From Atractiella rhizophila (taxonomy: Eukaryota): a stretch of 64,000 nucleotides of DNA. Under the pieces are notes generated by a model. That model did not search any database and was not told the DNA's origin. It saw nothing but the letters and a program-made list of their open reading frames with translations. This document shows positions 1 through 12,800 of the stretch, piece after piece. How positions within the stretch are numbered: position 1 is the first letter of the stretch; each line of letters opens with the position of its first letter. The stretch lies in NCBI GenBank assembly GCA_021432655.1, contig MU271328.1, forward strand, positions 1 through 64,000, written 5' to 3'. The position numbers and the translations under genes are program-made.

Positions 1-752
1 GAGTCTGTGGCTGCTCAGAAGAAAGTCCCAGAATTTGATGCACTAAATTGAATTGTTAGAGATGTATAAAATGTTAGTAATACTTTCTTCATGAACATTC
101 TGGAAGTTTCTATTTGCCACAAGCTCTCTTGTATATAAACACCTGTTCTTGTGTTTCTGCTGCTCATGCATTTGCAAGAGCTCAGCCAAACGTAATACAT
201 TTGTTTGAGGTTAACAAAGAAGCAGAGAAAAACAACATGAATCCTCCGAAGACTTGAAATTAATGCAACTTAGGGGTACTCCTGTCTTGCATCCTGCCCA
301 GGCAGTCAATAACGACATCGTGAGGGACTTAAAAGTTTGAGTCCCTAGTCGTCATCTTATCCAGTCTTCATGTTTGCTGACATTTGGTCCGGCCAGCTTT
401 GGCCGCAACCATCAGCCCTCCCCTTCATAACCGCATCCATTTCCTTCGATCTTCCAGTTGGCATTATTTCTCAGTATACATTGAGAACAACATTAAATTC
501 CAATGATGTGTAGAATCAAGGTGTGAAAAATGAATGAGAAATTTTCAAAGTTGAACATGAACATACCACTACAATCATGTAGATCAATCCTAGGCACCTT
601 GCTCCACCCACTCCACCCCATCACCTCCCGAATCTCAAGCTCAACCTATCCACTTCGTGAGTAACCTTGCCTTCTAGCCCATGCCACATTCCTGGCTTCG
701 AAGATCTGAGGAAGTATCAACTCGAAGTAGGCCTGGTCATGCGCATGAAGTA

Positions 753-1735
753 CAGTCAGACCCCTAAACATGCAGGCCCTTAGTGGACCACCTAAGCTTG
801 TATATAAAGGGTGCTTGCATAACCAAAAAAGGGGACTTGTGGCTGGGATATTGTCGGAAAACATCGGATATCACAAGTATGTATGTTATATAGTGTTTGG
901 AATCAACTGGAACCACAAAGCAAAAACTCACTGTTGTTTAAACAGATCAAGCTACCCATTTGACAATAAGAGCCATTCACTTTCAGGAATCACCATAACT
1001 GATGCGAATCTTCTCCATTTCTCACGGGGAACCACGTCAGTGAGGATGATGCCCCGATGAAGCTGCTTGCTTGACCCATTGGATGAGTGCTGCCTCGACC
1101 TCTGGATAGGTGACAACACATCGTTTTTTCGTAGCCAAGTTTTCAGATTTATCTGCTTCTTTCCCAATTTTGTCCTTGTCTTTGAAGTATCGAGACAGAG
1201 TTGCTGCATTGAGAGTATTGAAACCATTCTTCCTCCAGTGTTGTGCTTGTTCCTCTAAATTCATTCCCTTATTCTTCTCAGCATAGTCTATAAACGCCAA
1301 TTTGTCAAGATTTGTGGCATGGCAACGGTTCCGCTTGAGAGTGACAGGTTGGGCTGAAGAGAGGTCGCCCCGAAACATGCTTTGGATGTGCTGCTGCGGT
1401 TGTGATTGAAATAGCATTGCTAATAGCTGAACTTTTGTATGCTTCTTTCGTTTTTGGCATCATGGTGGAAGATCGGTGGGTTGATACAAGGATAAAATTT
1501 CAAGGAAGTCACGTGACTGTGACTTTCGTGTGCGAAAAAAAGGTTCTGAAGGTCACATGCCGCACTCGTAACATGCAATCACAGCCAAAAATTGCAAGCA
1601 ACTGCTTGCATACTGAGAACTGAATATGTACAGCATAAAGTACAAATTACATAGGAACGAGGTTGGTGGATGATTTTTCCTCGCAAGTACAGAGGTTTGC
1701 ATATTGACTAGTATGCATATTAGCGAGTCTGACTG
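753..1735 (-). mobile_element. pogo/Fot1-type Tc1-mariner internal-deletion derivative
   Basis: Imperfect 22-bp TIRs: CAGTCAGACCCCTAAACATGCA at 753, and the reverse complement of the end at 1735 reads CAGTCAGACTCGCTAATATGCA. Each end is flanked by TA (751-752, 1736-1737). The interior encodes a CENP-B-type HTH remnant. Confidence 0.75.
900..1417 (-). pseudogene. Transposase N-terminal HTH (CENP-B/Tc5-like) remnant, DDE domain absent
   Basis: ORF 1037-1417 contains TLSRYFKDKDKI and KKRCVVTYPEVEAALIQWVKQ. A shifted frame continues to LSNG*LDLFKQ, resembling the SxGWLxRFKxR motif. Confidence 0.7.
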
Positions 1736-2005
1736 TATTATGAGTCCCCCAGGATTCAATTTCGCGCCACAACTTCCTGAACTCACTTACCCAGGACCTG
1801 CGTGCTTGTTTTGGACTCACGTTTGGCTTGCTTCGGTGAGTTTTCAAATTTTGGATTTCCAGGATGTGAAACTCACTTTGCTGTGTAGAGGTATTTACTT
1901 TATCAGTCTACTGGCATTAGGTACAAATCGCCAGCTGTATCAACGAGAACTTACAAACACTGGTTGACTCAATGTGGTTTCGAGCCTTGCTCAAGCCCGA
2001 GTGAT

Positions 2006-2411
2006 TGTCAGGTTTGCCTCTTACGCAAATCGGCGCCAGTTCGCCGGATTGCATCTCCTATCACCCATTTGCGTTCCCCACGAATCGGTGCCTGTTCTCC
2101 TGTTCGCCCATTTGTGCCTGCATCACCACTTAGCCCCTTTGTGTCTATTATCCTCTTATTAACTCCACGTAATCCCACTATCACTTCCCCTTTTTAGTTC
2201 TCTTACATGTTTCATCTGCTCTCCTCTACACTCTGTGGCAGTATTATTCCACTTGTATATATAGATTGGAGAGTAGTGGAGGTGACCTTAGAGTATTCTC
2301 TTAGGTTTATCTCCACTATAGGTTAGTCTTCACGTCATATCATGCTCTTAGGTTTATCTCCACTACAGACACATCGCCTGTCAGCGACCGCACATAGGGT
2401 CAGCCCTAACA
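2006..2411 (+). repeat. Solo LTR, same family as the chromovirus LTR at 20088-20459
   Basis: TGTCAGG...CCCTAACA termini, near-perfect 5-bp TSD (GTGAT/GTAAT), and end-to-end similarity to 20088-20459. Confidence 0.85.
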
Positions 2412-3639
2412 GTAATGGATCGTCAAGCTAGGATGGACACTGTATCAAAGCAAGAACTGATGAAGAGGTGAGGTGAGGAACTGAATGTAGCGATGCTGCC
2501 ATTTGTGTCTCGGCGCAAAAGGTCAGTCTTTTGTGTTTGTCTCCTCCTTCATCCTTCTCAACTCTCTCACCCATCTCTGAATTGTCCTCTGGATTGAATG
2601 TGTTACTTATGGCACCTGCACAGATGATATGCAAGTTTATGACAACCTTCGAGGTTTCAAACCCCTTCCATGGAGAAGCTCACAATGATTGGTGAATCTG
2701 AAGGTCCATCACTCCCAATTGCTCCATCAATATACCGCTGTTCACCCGATGTCGAAATCTAATACATCTCCTTTAGATATATGGTGCGAAGTGTTGTTGT
2801 TCAGGAGCAATCACTTCCTCGCCAAGCCCTCATCTATTCAAAAAGGGAACATGGAGGAGAAAAGGTGTGGTCAATCATTTCCCGCTCCGAACCACGACAT
2901 TGGAGCAGTGCTGCTTTACAATGTGAAGCAAGCTTGCTAATGGACTCCTTTCTATTGTTCATTGTTTGCTACTCTTTTCCATCCAAGAAAATGAAGTAGA
3001 TAGGATGGTCGTAAAGGAAGCAGCTATTTTCCTCCTCATATACATCATGGTTGTCATTTTAGGATTACTTTATTCTGATTTGACAGCGTCATATTGCAAG
3101 TCGTCCCCTGTGATCTTATAAAACATTGTTGAATAGAATTCAGAAGCTATGTTGTTATGGCAGTTATTGTTGACCTTACATCTTCCACAGCCAAATAGAG
3201 GTTCTTTGCCTCTTCAAATCATTTCAGCGCTTCCTCAATTGGCCGCGAACCTGCTCGATCTTCACATTCTGTTAATGCAGAGGGCAAAGACTTGCTGGTC
3301 TGCCACAACCAGGTACAGCTCCTTCACCTCCTCAAACTGTGTCAGCGCCTGTTGTGGTTTCCCCTTCTGCAAAAAACTCAGCCAAGAGGTTACATCAACC
3401 CAGCCCTGATAATGTAATCGAGATGAATCGTCCAGACGACAAAACCGACTCAAACAATGCTATTGAGAGAAGGCTTTGATGAGAGGGTAGATTCACCATA
3501 CCTCCCATAAGGGTACAGCATCAGTCTTTCCATTCTGTGTTTTGTACTTAGTTAGTTAACAACAACTACTAAATATGAGTGAGCAAAATAAGTCTATAAT
3601 TCAGAACCTTCATCCGCTTCAGCCAAGCATGTTTGGCTC

Positions 3640-3770
3640 AAAATTTCACCATAACGCAGGAGATAAACTGTTTGCCCATTGGGTGGGCATAAAGGACATC
3701 ATGCCATTGTCCTGCCAAAATTTCACTATGAAATCAATTGCATTGAGTTTGTATGGGCCATGCAAAGCGA
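3640..3770 (+). pseudogene. Tc1-like DDE transposase C-terminal fragment
   Basis: Translation IVLPKFHYEINCIEFVWA resembles the fungal Tc1-like FLPKFHxELNxIExxW motif. Confidence 0.55.
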
Positions 3771-6700
3771 TATACATGTGATAAGCACATTGGGCTCTTG
3801 TTGTTTGTCGATTCTGACTTCCCTTTCATTGCGGAGTACTTTGGTGTTTGTATCGAGAGGGGTGGACACTGGCTCGGCATCTTGCAATCAGTATTTCGTG
3901 ATGATTTGGTCGATGTAGTGGGCTTGGGAAAGTGTAATGGTTCTGTCCTTGTGATTATGTGTGATTTGAATCCCAAGGAGTGGAACCCCTTCTCCCTGAT
4001 CTGTTGCATCGAATGTTTGTTGGATGGCCCTCGAACTTCTGCTATCTCATCGTCACCGTTTCCAACAATCATAAGGTCATCTACCGAAACATCAATGATA
4101 ACCATATTTCCTTCTCTCCTCCTCACGTAAACACAGTAGTCTGCATTTGATCTCTTGAATCCGAGCTCCATTAGAGCTTTATTAAGACGAACATTCCAGA
4201 TTCGCCCTGACTGTTTCAGTCCGTAAAGTCCTTTGACAAGTTTGAAGACCTTTCTTGAGCCATCCTCGAAACCAGGAGGTTGCTTCATGTAGAGGTTAAG
4301 CTCCTCCTCTAAATCTCCATTCAGGTAAACTCCTACTACATCCATAAGATGTATCTTCCAGCCATTGGCTGCTGCAAGTGCAATGATTGCTTGCGAAGAC
4401 TCCATTCAAGTGGCTGGTGTGAATGTTTCATTGAAATCTTGCCCAGGGATCTGACTGAATCCCCGTGCTACTAGTCTTGCTTTGTAGCGCTTTAATCTTC
4501 CTTCCTCATCTCTCTTTCGACGAAAAACCCACTTAGATCCAATTGCTCTGCGATCCTTCGGTAACTTCACCAAACTTCTTTCCCAGGTTCCATACTTCTC
4601 TAACTGCTTAATTTCCTCATTCATAGCTTCTTTCCAACTCTCAAATTCGTTGGATTGTATTGCTTCCTCATAACTAGTGGGGTCATCGTTTGAGGTGATC
4701 AAAGTTGTGAAAGCAAATGCAAAGTTGGCAGCCGCTTCTGCTGGGGGTAAGTTTGATGGTTCTGGTGCAGTCAATGACGAAGTAGTTTGTTTTGTTCGAG
4801 GTTTAGGTCGTGCTTTGCCGTAGTGTAAGGTATAGTAGTCTACTTCAGGCCTTGCTCGTTTTCCTAATCCCGATGCATAGGTCTCATTTCCCGGTCTCAG
4901 GACTTCGGTTTGAGTCTCTGGTTTGGAAGTTTGGAGTGATATTGTTTCTGCAGGGTTTTCTGCTATTGGTGTGTCCTTGTCTTTGCTTTCTACATTTGAG
5001 GGAGCAGGGTCCATGTTGATTTCAACTTCTTTTGGTTCTACTTCAAGGAAGATGTAGTTTCATGACACAAGCATCTTTCCATTTTTTGGATTGTAGTACC
5101 GGGTTGCCTTTGGCGCATTTTCATATCCTACCAAGATTACTCTAACTGACTTTGGGTCTAGTTTGGACCATTTGTTTCTTTCATCAAGGACCCACATGTC
5201 TGTTCCAAACTCTTGAAGATGCTCAATTGTTGGTCTCTGGGTGGTCCATGCTTGGTGTGGTGTTTCGTCCTTTAAGGCTCGTGTGATAGAGCGATTTCTA
5301 AGGTAAGCAGCATGTTCCACTGCTTCTGCCCACAGTGTAGGACTGGCCCATGCAAGTTCAATTAGAGTACGGTTCATGCATTCCGCCACTCCGAGCTGTT
5401 GATGTGAGTGTGGTGCTATGAGTTCTAGCTTTATTCCTTTCTCTCTTTCTAGCCAGTCTTTGATTTTTCGTTTAGGTATTCTGTTCCCCTATCGACTCGA
5501 ATGCGCTTTGGGGTACGCTCGTACTTTCGTTCGCATGCGCTGGAGCGCTTGTTCTTTCATTGCTATGAAGAGGACCGTTGTGTGGTGTACAGTCATCCGT
5601 AAATGAGATATAGTATTTGGATCCACCATAGGAGGGAACACGAGAAGGTCCCCATACGTCAGAGTAAGTAAGTTCACCGGGTATTTCTGACCTCGTTGAC
5701 GCTTCGCAGGGATAGGCTTCATGTGCCGGCTTTGCTTGGATACAGGCTTCACCTTGCGAAGGTGGGCTCGTTTCATCCACCATCATGCCATCAACTAATC
5801 CCTTCTTGTAGTTCTTCCAGCATTTTCGGGTCGATATGGCCAAATGCATGGCGCCATTCATCCCACGTTCTTGCTGGTTTCTCTGCTACGGCCATCACCT
5901 TTTCACCCCCTCGTTCCATACTTTGTAGTAAGTACAGATTTCTTTTCTTAGTTCCTTCTCCTAGCAACTGATATTCTTGTTGAACAGTTGCACCTTTCCT
6001 CCCCTGAAGACGGCCTTGCCACCTGCGTTGTCAAGTCAACTGATGGAGACGAGATTATTTGGTGCTGAAGGTGTGTAGAGGGTGTCTTTGAGGGTGTTAA
6101 TTATGATTTGGTTGCCGATTTTGATTGCCACCTTATAGGTTCCTCGCATGATAGCTTCAATGGGTGTCTGTGATAGGCTATGGATCTTGAAGTTTGAGAG
6201 AGCCCGGCATGTCTCTTCTATGAACCCATCACAATCGTTACTAATGTGCGAGGTAGTTCTAGAGTCAGCTAGCCATGTGGCCTTAGGAAGTGAACCGTCA
6301 AAATGGTCTTGCGCATGGTATGCGGAGTCAGCAAGGACATAGTTGATGTTTGGAGTTTCTGATGATTGTTATGCCTTTTCCTTCTTCCCTCGTCCACTTC
6401 TTGGTTTCTGGCCTTCCCTTCCTCCTCCCTTAGCCTAGCAGTCAGCCTTCATATGCCCATTCTTATGGCAGTTGAAGCACTCGATGTCAGACCTGTCTCT
6501 GCCATCTCCCATTTTCGGTTTTGCTGTCCTTTCCCTTTAGCAAATAGCGCTGTCTCTAGCGCTCCTGACTTCTCCTTCCTCCGCCTCTCCTCTTCAATCA
6601 GTAGTGCTGATAGCTTGTGCGATGACAAGGTCGGTTTGTTCGAATACGCTCCGAAATATGCGGATGTGAAAGTGTCCCACGATTCCAGCAACGACATGAT

Positions 6701-7010
6701 AAGGAGAAACGCGAAGTCTTCGTCTTTGAATGTATCCCCCATTAAGGCAAGTTCCTCTTGAACCCTCGTAATGCGGAGATGTGCTCGACCATGCCGAATC
6801 CTTCCTCATCATACGAACGATACAACCGATGCCTTGCCGCCAGGATTCCTAAGATCCCGTTCGCCTCTTTCACTGCTTACAACTGCTTCAACATCTCTGC
6901 CGCCATCTTTGCTCCTGACAAGTGGATCAGCTCGCCATCGGTGATCGTCAGCTCAATGCGAGTCTGTGCCTTGGCATCATTTGTCCCAGCCCATTCATTT
7001 TGGGTATGGA
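3770..7010 (-). mobile_element. Degenerate Ty1/Copia internal domain (gag, protease, integrase, RT), no LTRs seen
   Basis: Fragments in Copia order on the minus strand: gag (FAFLLIMSLLESWDTF), protease (WLADSRTTSHI), integrase (YSDVWGP, AECMNRTL, LWAEAVEHAAYLRNRS), RT (IGSKWVF, YKARLVARGFSQ, LYGLKQSGRIWN, VSVDDL). Many frameshifts. Confidence 0.93.
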
Positions 7011-7019
7011 CATGCTGAC

Positions 7020-8534
7020 CCTTTATGGCATTAATTGCCATACTTATAAAGGACATTTCTTTACCGTTGGTGGATTAAACAACACTTTGAATACAAAGCA
7101 CGAAGGGAAGCTATAAGCTCACCAAAAATTCAGATGGTGCAAGAGGCACGAGTCGAAACTCCTCACCCTCGCATCTCAGATGCCCAAAGAAAGGAGTTTG
7201 TTGAAGTACTCAAAGTAGTCGCATAAGCCCTGACTTAACTAAAGAGCAATGCAACCAACTAGTACGAGTTCTTTTCCAGGAGCATTATGCCTTTGCATAT
7301 GGAAATCATCCTCTAGGCAAAGCGAAGGGAACGGAAATGCGTATTGAACTTACAGTGGAAGAGGACAAGCTGCCTCCGCCTGTACCCTACTAGCCCTGCC
7401 GCACGAAAGGATATGCAAGAAGCAGTTGAAAAACTGAAGGAACTAGGAGTAGTACGAGATTCTCAAGCGTCGGCTTTCCGAGCGCCAGTGTTTATGGTTT
7501 ATCGACAAGGTTCAGATCCTCGAATGTGTATTGACTACAGAGCACTAAAGGCTATCACAAAAAGTGATTTGTACCCCATACCAATGGTAGATGAACAAAT
7601 TTCAGCCCTTAGTGGCACAAAGTTCATAACAGTGCTTGATGCAAATAAAGGTTTCCATCAAATCCCCATACACCCTGATGATATTCATAAAACAGCATTC
7701 TGTATGCATGATGGACTATATGAATTCACAAGGGTGCCATTTGGGCTGAACAACGTGCCCGCAGGATTTCAACGGGGAATGAACATGGTTTTAAAGGTCC
7801 TCTTACGGAAGGATGGTGCAAAGTCTACATTGATGACATTATCATCTTTTCAAAAACATGGTCTGAGCATCTACAGCACCTCCAAACGTTCTCCAGCTCA
7901 TGAGGGAAGTGTGTTATACAATCTCTCTGAAAAAGTGCAAGTTTTGTTACGATTCCATTATACATCTTGGACACTTGGTTAGCGGTCTACAGATCGTAGT
8001 TGATACAAATAAAATAGCAGCCGTTGCACAATTTCTAACTCCTCTAAACATAGCAAACCCCCAAAGTTTTCTTGGACTAGCAGGTTACTACAGGAAATTT
8101 GTCAAGAACTACTCTGACATCGCATGCCCCTTAACCAAGCTGCTTTCAAAAGACATCACATGGAATTGGACAGGAGATTGTGAGAAAGCTTTTCAAGCTT
8201 TAAAGAATTCTCTCATAAGCGCTGCTATACTTACACAACCAGTCTATAACTCGCCATTCAAGCTATACACAGATGCAAGCGGAATAGGACTGGCAGGCGT
8301 CTTGCAACAAGTACAATCCTTAAATGACAATAAAGTAGAGCGAGTCATTTGCTATATATCTAGTCCACTGAAAGACTCCGAAACTAGATATGCGGCTACA
8401 CAATTAGAATGGCTAGCAGTAGTGTGGGCTCTGGAGAAGCTGCATCAATATTTGGACGGTGCGGAGTTCGAAGTCATCACGGATTGCATCGCATTTAAAA
8501 GCCTTTGAGGCGTAAAGACTCCTACGAGACAGAT
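7020..8534 (+). mobile_element. Ty3/Gypsy pol fragment (RT + RNase H), frameshifted
   Basis: RMCIDYRALK, LDANKGFHQIP, PFGLNNVPAGFQR; YIDD in an alternative frame near 7826; SFLGLAGYYRKF, LYTDASGIG, LEWLAVVWALEKL. Confidence 0.92.
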
Positions 8535-8789
8535 TGATAAATGAGCGAGTGCTGCGAAGTGTGAGATAACAGATAAGTATGCCTTACATTTAACTATACA
8601 AAGAAACTACATTACCTACAAAGTGCAAGATAACAGATAAGTATGAGTCTCGCACTTGCAGGTGAAGGGCTTGTATAGCTAAGATCCCTGTGGCAAAAGA
8701 GAAGTTCCCACAGTTCCAGAACACGCTCGACGAAAGTGGAAACACGCATGTGCGCAAGCGGTGAAAGGAGGAGGCGTATGATCTTGTCA
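8535..8789 (-). repeat. LTR (family 2) truncating the Gypsy pol fragment
   Basis: TGATA...TGTCA termini and full-length similarity to the TSD-flanked solo LTR at 36669-36919. Flanks differ here (CAGAT/CCTTG), so there is no TSD. Confidence 0.75.
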
Positions 8790-9329
8790 CCTTGGACATC
8801 TATGTCCCCAAATCACCAACCAGCTCCAAGTCAATGAGATTCGGGACTAACCTGAGAAGCAATCCTTTGGGTTGCAGAGTGCCTTGGGGTCATAGAGGGT
8901 TCATGGCTTGGCCTTGAAAGTGATAGAGAAACATGGTGAGGTAAAGGAGGGGAATCCTCAGTGGAAATTGAATGGTCTATGGGGCTTGTCCCAAGATTGA
9001 ACCATGGAGAATGTCTCACTGGGATTGGTGTTGCCATAGCGGGTGAATGCGTGAAAGGCGAGATGAATATCGATGAATGTTGATCATGATGGGCGCCAAT
9101 AAACATGCTTTATATGAGTGAGATGATTCTGGTTCTGAAAGTCGGCCAACAATTGCTATGCACCGCGGAGCATCGGATGTTGGAAGTTGGCAGGTTCAAA
9201 GATTCTAAACTTAGAAGGAAGCACCGGTTGTCAAATGCTGAGAAGTTGAGAACCCTGAACGTTGTCAGACCTGAACATGTCACAAGTTAGATCAGCCACT
9301 CGAAAAGGTGGTAAGAAACCTTGAATTGC

Positions 9330-9508
9330 ACATTACATTAGAGATTATAATGATTATAACCTAAATGTTGACCATCCCGTTATCATAATGTGCTTACAGA
9401 TGTAATGCATTATGAGCTGTGGAAATTACATTGAAATTTAATGTAAGTTGTATTACATTACTTACACATAATTTTTTGTAATGTAATGGTGTAATGGTGG
9501 GAGGCCTG
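9330..9508. repeat. Probable hAT-type terminus with ATTAC/GTAAT subterminal repeats
   Basis: Dense cluster of ATTAC/TGTAATG motifs ending in GTAATGGTGGGAGGCCTG (reverse complement CAGGCCTCCCACCATTAC). No partner end found. Confidence 0.5.
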
Positions 9509-9829
9509 GTTGGTATACCGGTCACAGAGAGTGCCATATGACCAAGCGGTTATGCGTGTTGTCGAACAGGATGCAAATTGTGATGGGAATGCCTATTGGG
9601 CTGTGCAGATTATCTTTGAGTAATGTTGCCCGATTATTTCAATGGAAACGATGCTCATCCTTCACCAACTGAGGCAAAGAATTTCGCTCTGAAGGACTAG
9701 TTTGAGATACCATAGTAACCCTGAGCCCGTTAGCATCAAATCAAATCAAGCAAAAAAAGCATAGGTGTGTGGACTCTGGCTTATATATTCTTCACTCATA
9801 TCATTTTGGTGCAGCAAGCTACACTCTCA

Positions 9830-12800
9830 TGCCACGTGCAATTCAGAGAAATCAAACAAGAAATCGAGAGCGTCGATCCAAACGGCATCAATGTCTGCAG
9901 CAGGAGGCATCACTACACCAAGGTCGACCTGTAAGAGAGAGGCAACGCCCTGCACGTTTTAATCCTACTCCACCTACTCCACCTCAACATGAGACAAGAT
10001 CAACTAGGGCTCCACGTCAGTGTCTGCAGCGCCGTCGAAGCTCTTCACTATCTATATCGTCATGACCAGCTCGACGATATCGGAGACAGCGTTCACCCTC
10101 CCCTGAGGAGTACAGTGAAGAAGAAGCCCAATGATACCCATCCTCTCCTGATCCTGATGGTGTGGACAGTAATGAGGATAGGGTATTAATCCCGTTGTTG
10201 TGAGGCAAAATAAGGCAACATCACTATCCTGCATTCAACTACTCACCTGATATGGATCTTGGGGCACACCACCTCTCTACTTGGGGATTACTTTGTACAT
10301 ATTCCAAAGCCTTTCATTGGATGGAAGAGAAGATCGTTAACAGCCCACAACGAAATCCAAAGTTTGCATTGTGCTGTCTCCACGGCAAGGTGCTGCTACC
10401 TGTTCCTCCGCCTCTGCCTGAAGAGCTACGAAAGCTTTTTACACATCACAATACAACAGGTAAGTATTTCTATTCAATTTATTGTGTATACATATCTGAG
10501 AGGAACAATCATTATAGAGTCAAAGGCATTTTGAGAGCATATCAGGGTATTCAATAATGCTTCTGCCTTTACATCCTTAGGGTCCGCCAGGTATCAATTC
10601 CTGGACATGGTCCCTACTCCTTCAAAATTCAGGGAGAGCTGTGCCACCTTATTGGCACTCTTTTACCACAACAAGAAGGGTGTGAAACATTTGCACAGGT
10701 CTACATTACAGATTCAGCTGTACAGACTGAACGAAGAGTTGGCAACACTTCAATATCACTGAATTGTAGGACGCTTGAAGACCTTCAGGCTATGCTCTTC
10801 CGTGTCAACCCATATCTCAGGATCTACAAATTTGCAAAAGAAAGAATGGAACAGGATCCCACTGCAACACTACATCTTCGCACAGTCGCCCCACGAGATA
10901 GGGACCCAAGATGCTACAACATTCCTGTAGCCAGTGAAGTTGCTGTAGTGATGGTAGGAGACAGTAACAGAGAAGAATATGGAGTAGCCAGAGATATTGT
11001 CATCCAGCTCAGGGCAACCACGGCCGGTAGCAACTTACAGCGTGTCAATGAGCTCAACTCAAATTATCTTCCACTTCGTTTTCCTCTTCCGTTTCCATAT
11101 GGGGACCAAGGATGGCATCCGCAGATTCCGTATCGAGACCTGCCTGCAGATCTTCCTCCTCGCGAGCGAGAGCACTTCAATGATGACGGCATGCAAGTTG
11201 GTAATTCTGGGGTTCGACAATGTGTCAGCCAAATGGAGTTCTATTCTTACATGTTGCATCAACGAAATGATATATTCTCACTCCCTCTCTACGGTGGTCG
11301 GCTACTGCAAGAATTGGTAGTCGATGCTTAAGCTCAAATTGAGGCGAATCGACTCCGCTATCTGCGGTTCAATCAGTCTATTCTTCGAGCCGAGGTGTAT
11401 CAAGGTCTTACGGATGCCCTTGCAGAAGGCTATTCTTTAGAAGATATCGGGAGGCGGACTATATTACCTTCAAGTTTCACTGGCGGCCCATGTTCAATGA
11501 ATCAGCTGTTCCAGGATGCAATGAGTATAGTTGGTGCCAAAGGACCCCCAAATATCTTTACAACCTTCACTTGCAACCCATACTGGGAGAGATCACGGAA
11601 GCCCTCCTACCAGGACAAAAACCAGAGGAGCGACCAGATTTGGTTTCAAGGGTTTTCGACTAAAGGCTCTGAAGTACATCAAGGATTTAGTGGTACGACA
11701 GATCTTTGGAAGGGTTTATCGGATATGTCTGGGTCATTGAATTTCAGAAGAGAGGTCTACCACATTCCCACATCCTGTTGATTCTTCATCCTGAAGATCT
11801 TATCAGGGATGAGGCAGCCATTGATCAAGTAATTCAAGCAGAGCTGCCTGATCTGGACAAGGACCCTGTATTATTTGAAATAGTCACCAAGCATATGCTA
11901 CATGGCCCATGTGGTGAACATAATCCAGATGCACCTTGCATGGTCAATGGGAAGTGTGGCAAAGGGTATCCAAGCCTTTTGTTGAGGAAACGAGAATCAA
12001 CGATAATGGCTACCCTACCTATCGGCGGCGTAACGACGGCCGGGTTTTTCGCAAGATGATACGGGCCAAGAGTTTATATATGATAATCGATGGGTAGTGC
12101 CTTTTAATGCTTGGGTCCTGAGGAAGTTTCTGGCTCATATCAACACTGAGATCTGTATCTCAATTCGTTCAGTCAAGTATATATTCAAATACGTATACAA
12201 AGGGCCGGATAGAGCACAATTAGTCATAGAATCAGATTTCAGTGGAGCAAGAGAGCCAGTGGATGAGATTAAAGAGTATTTAGATGCACGATATGTGGGT
12301 GCTTCAGAAGGTTTGTTCAGTCCATTCCTCAAAGGTTAAGGTTAAGTATGATTATAGCATGCTGGCGGATTTTCCACTTCAAGCTTCATGATCACTCTCC
12401 AACTGTGATTCGACTCAGCATTCATCTTCCAAATCAACAGATGGTCATTTTTAATGCAGAAGATGATTAACCTGAAGATATACTTTCACGAAGAAATGTG
12501 GGAAAAACAATGCTTAGCGAATTTTTCCAATTCTGCCATGATTCTCCCCAGGTCTCCGATCCTCTCAAGCCCCTCGACATTTGGTCTGGCAGAGTAATTC
12601 AAAGCGCTGGAAGATACGTGAGAAAGGCGATGCTATTGGTCGGATATTTTACATTGCGCCGTCACAAGGGGAGCTCTTTTATCTTCGACTACTTCTTCAC
12701 AAGATCCTAAGTCCTAAATCTTTTGAGGACATTCGTACATTTGACGGTTAAAGTTTACGAAACATTCAAAGCAGCCTGTGTGGCATCAGGTCTACTGGAA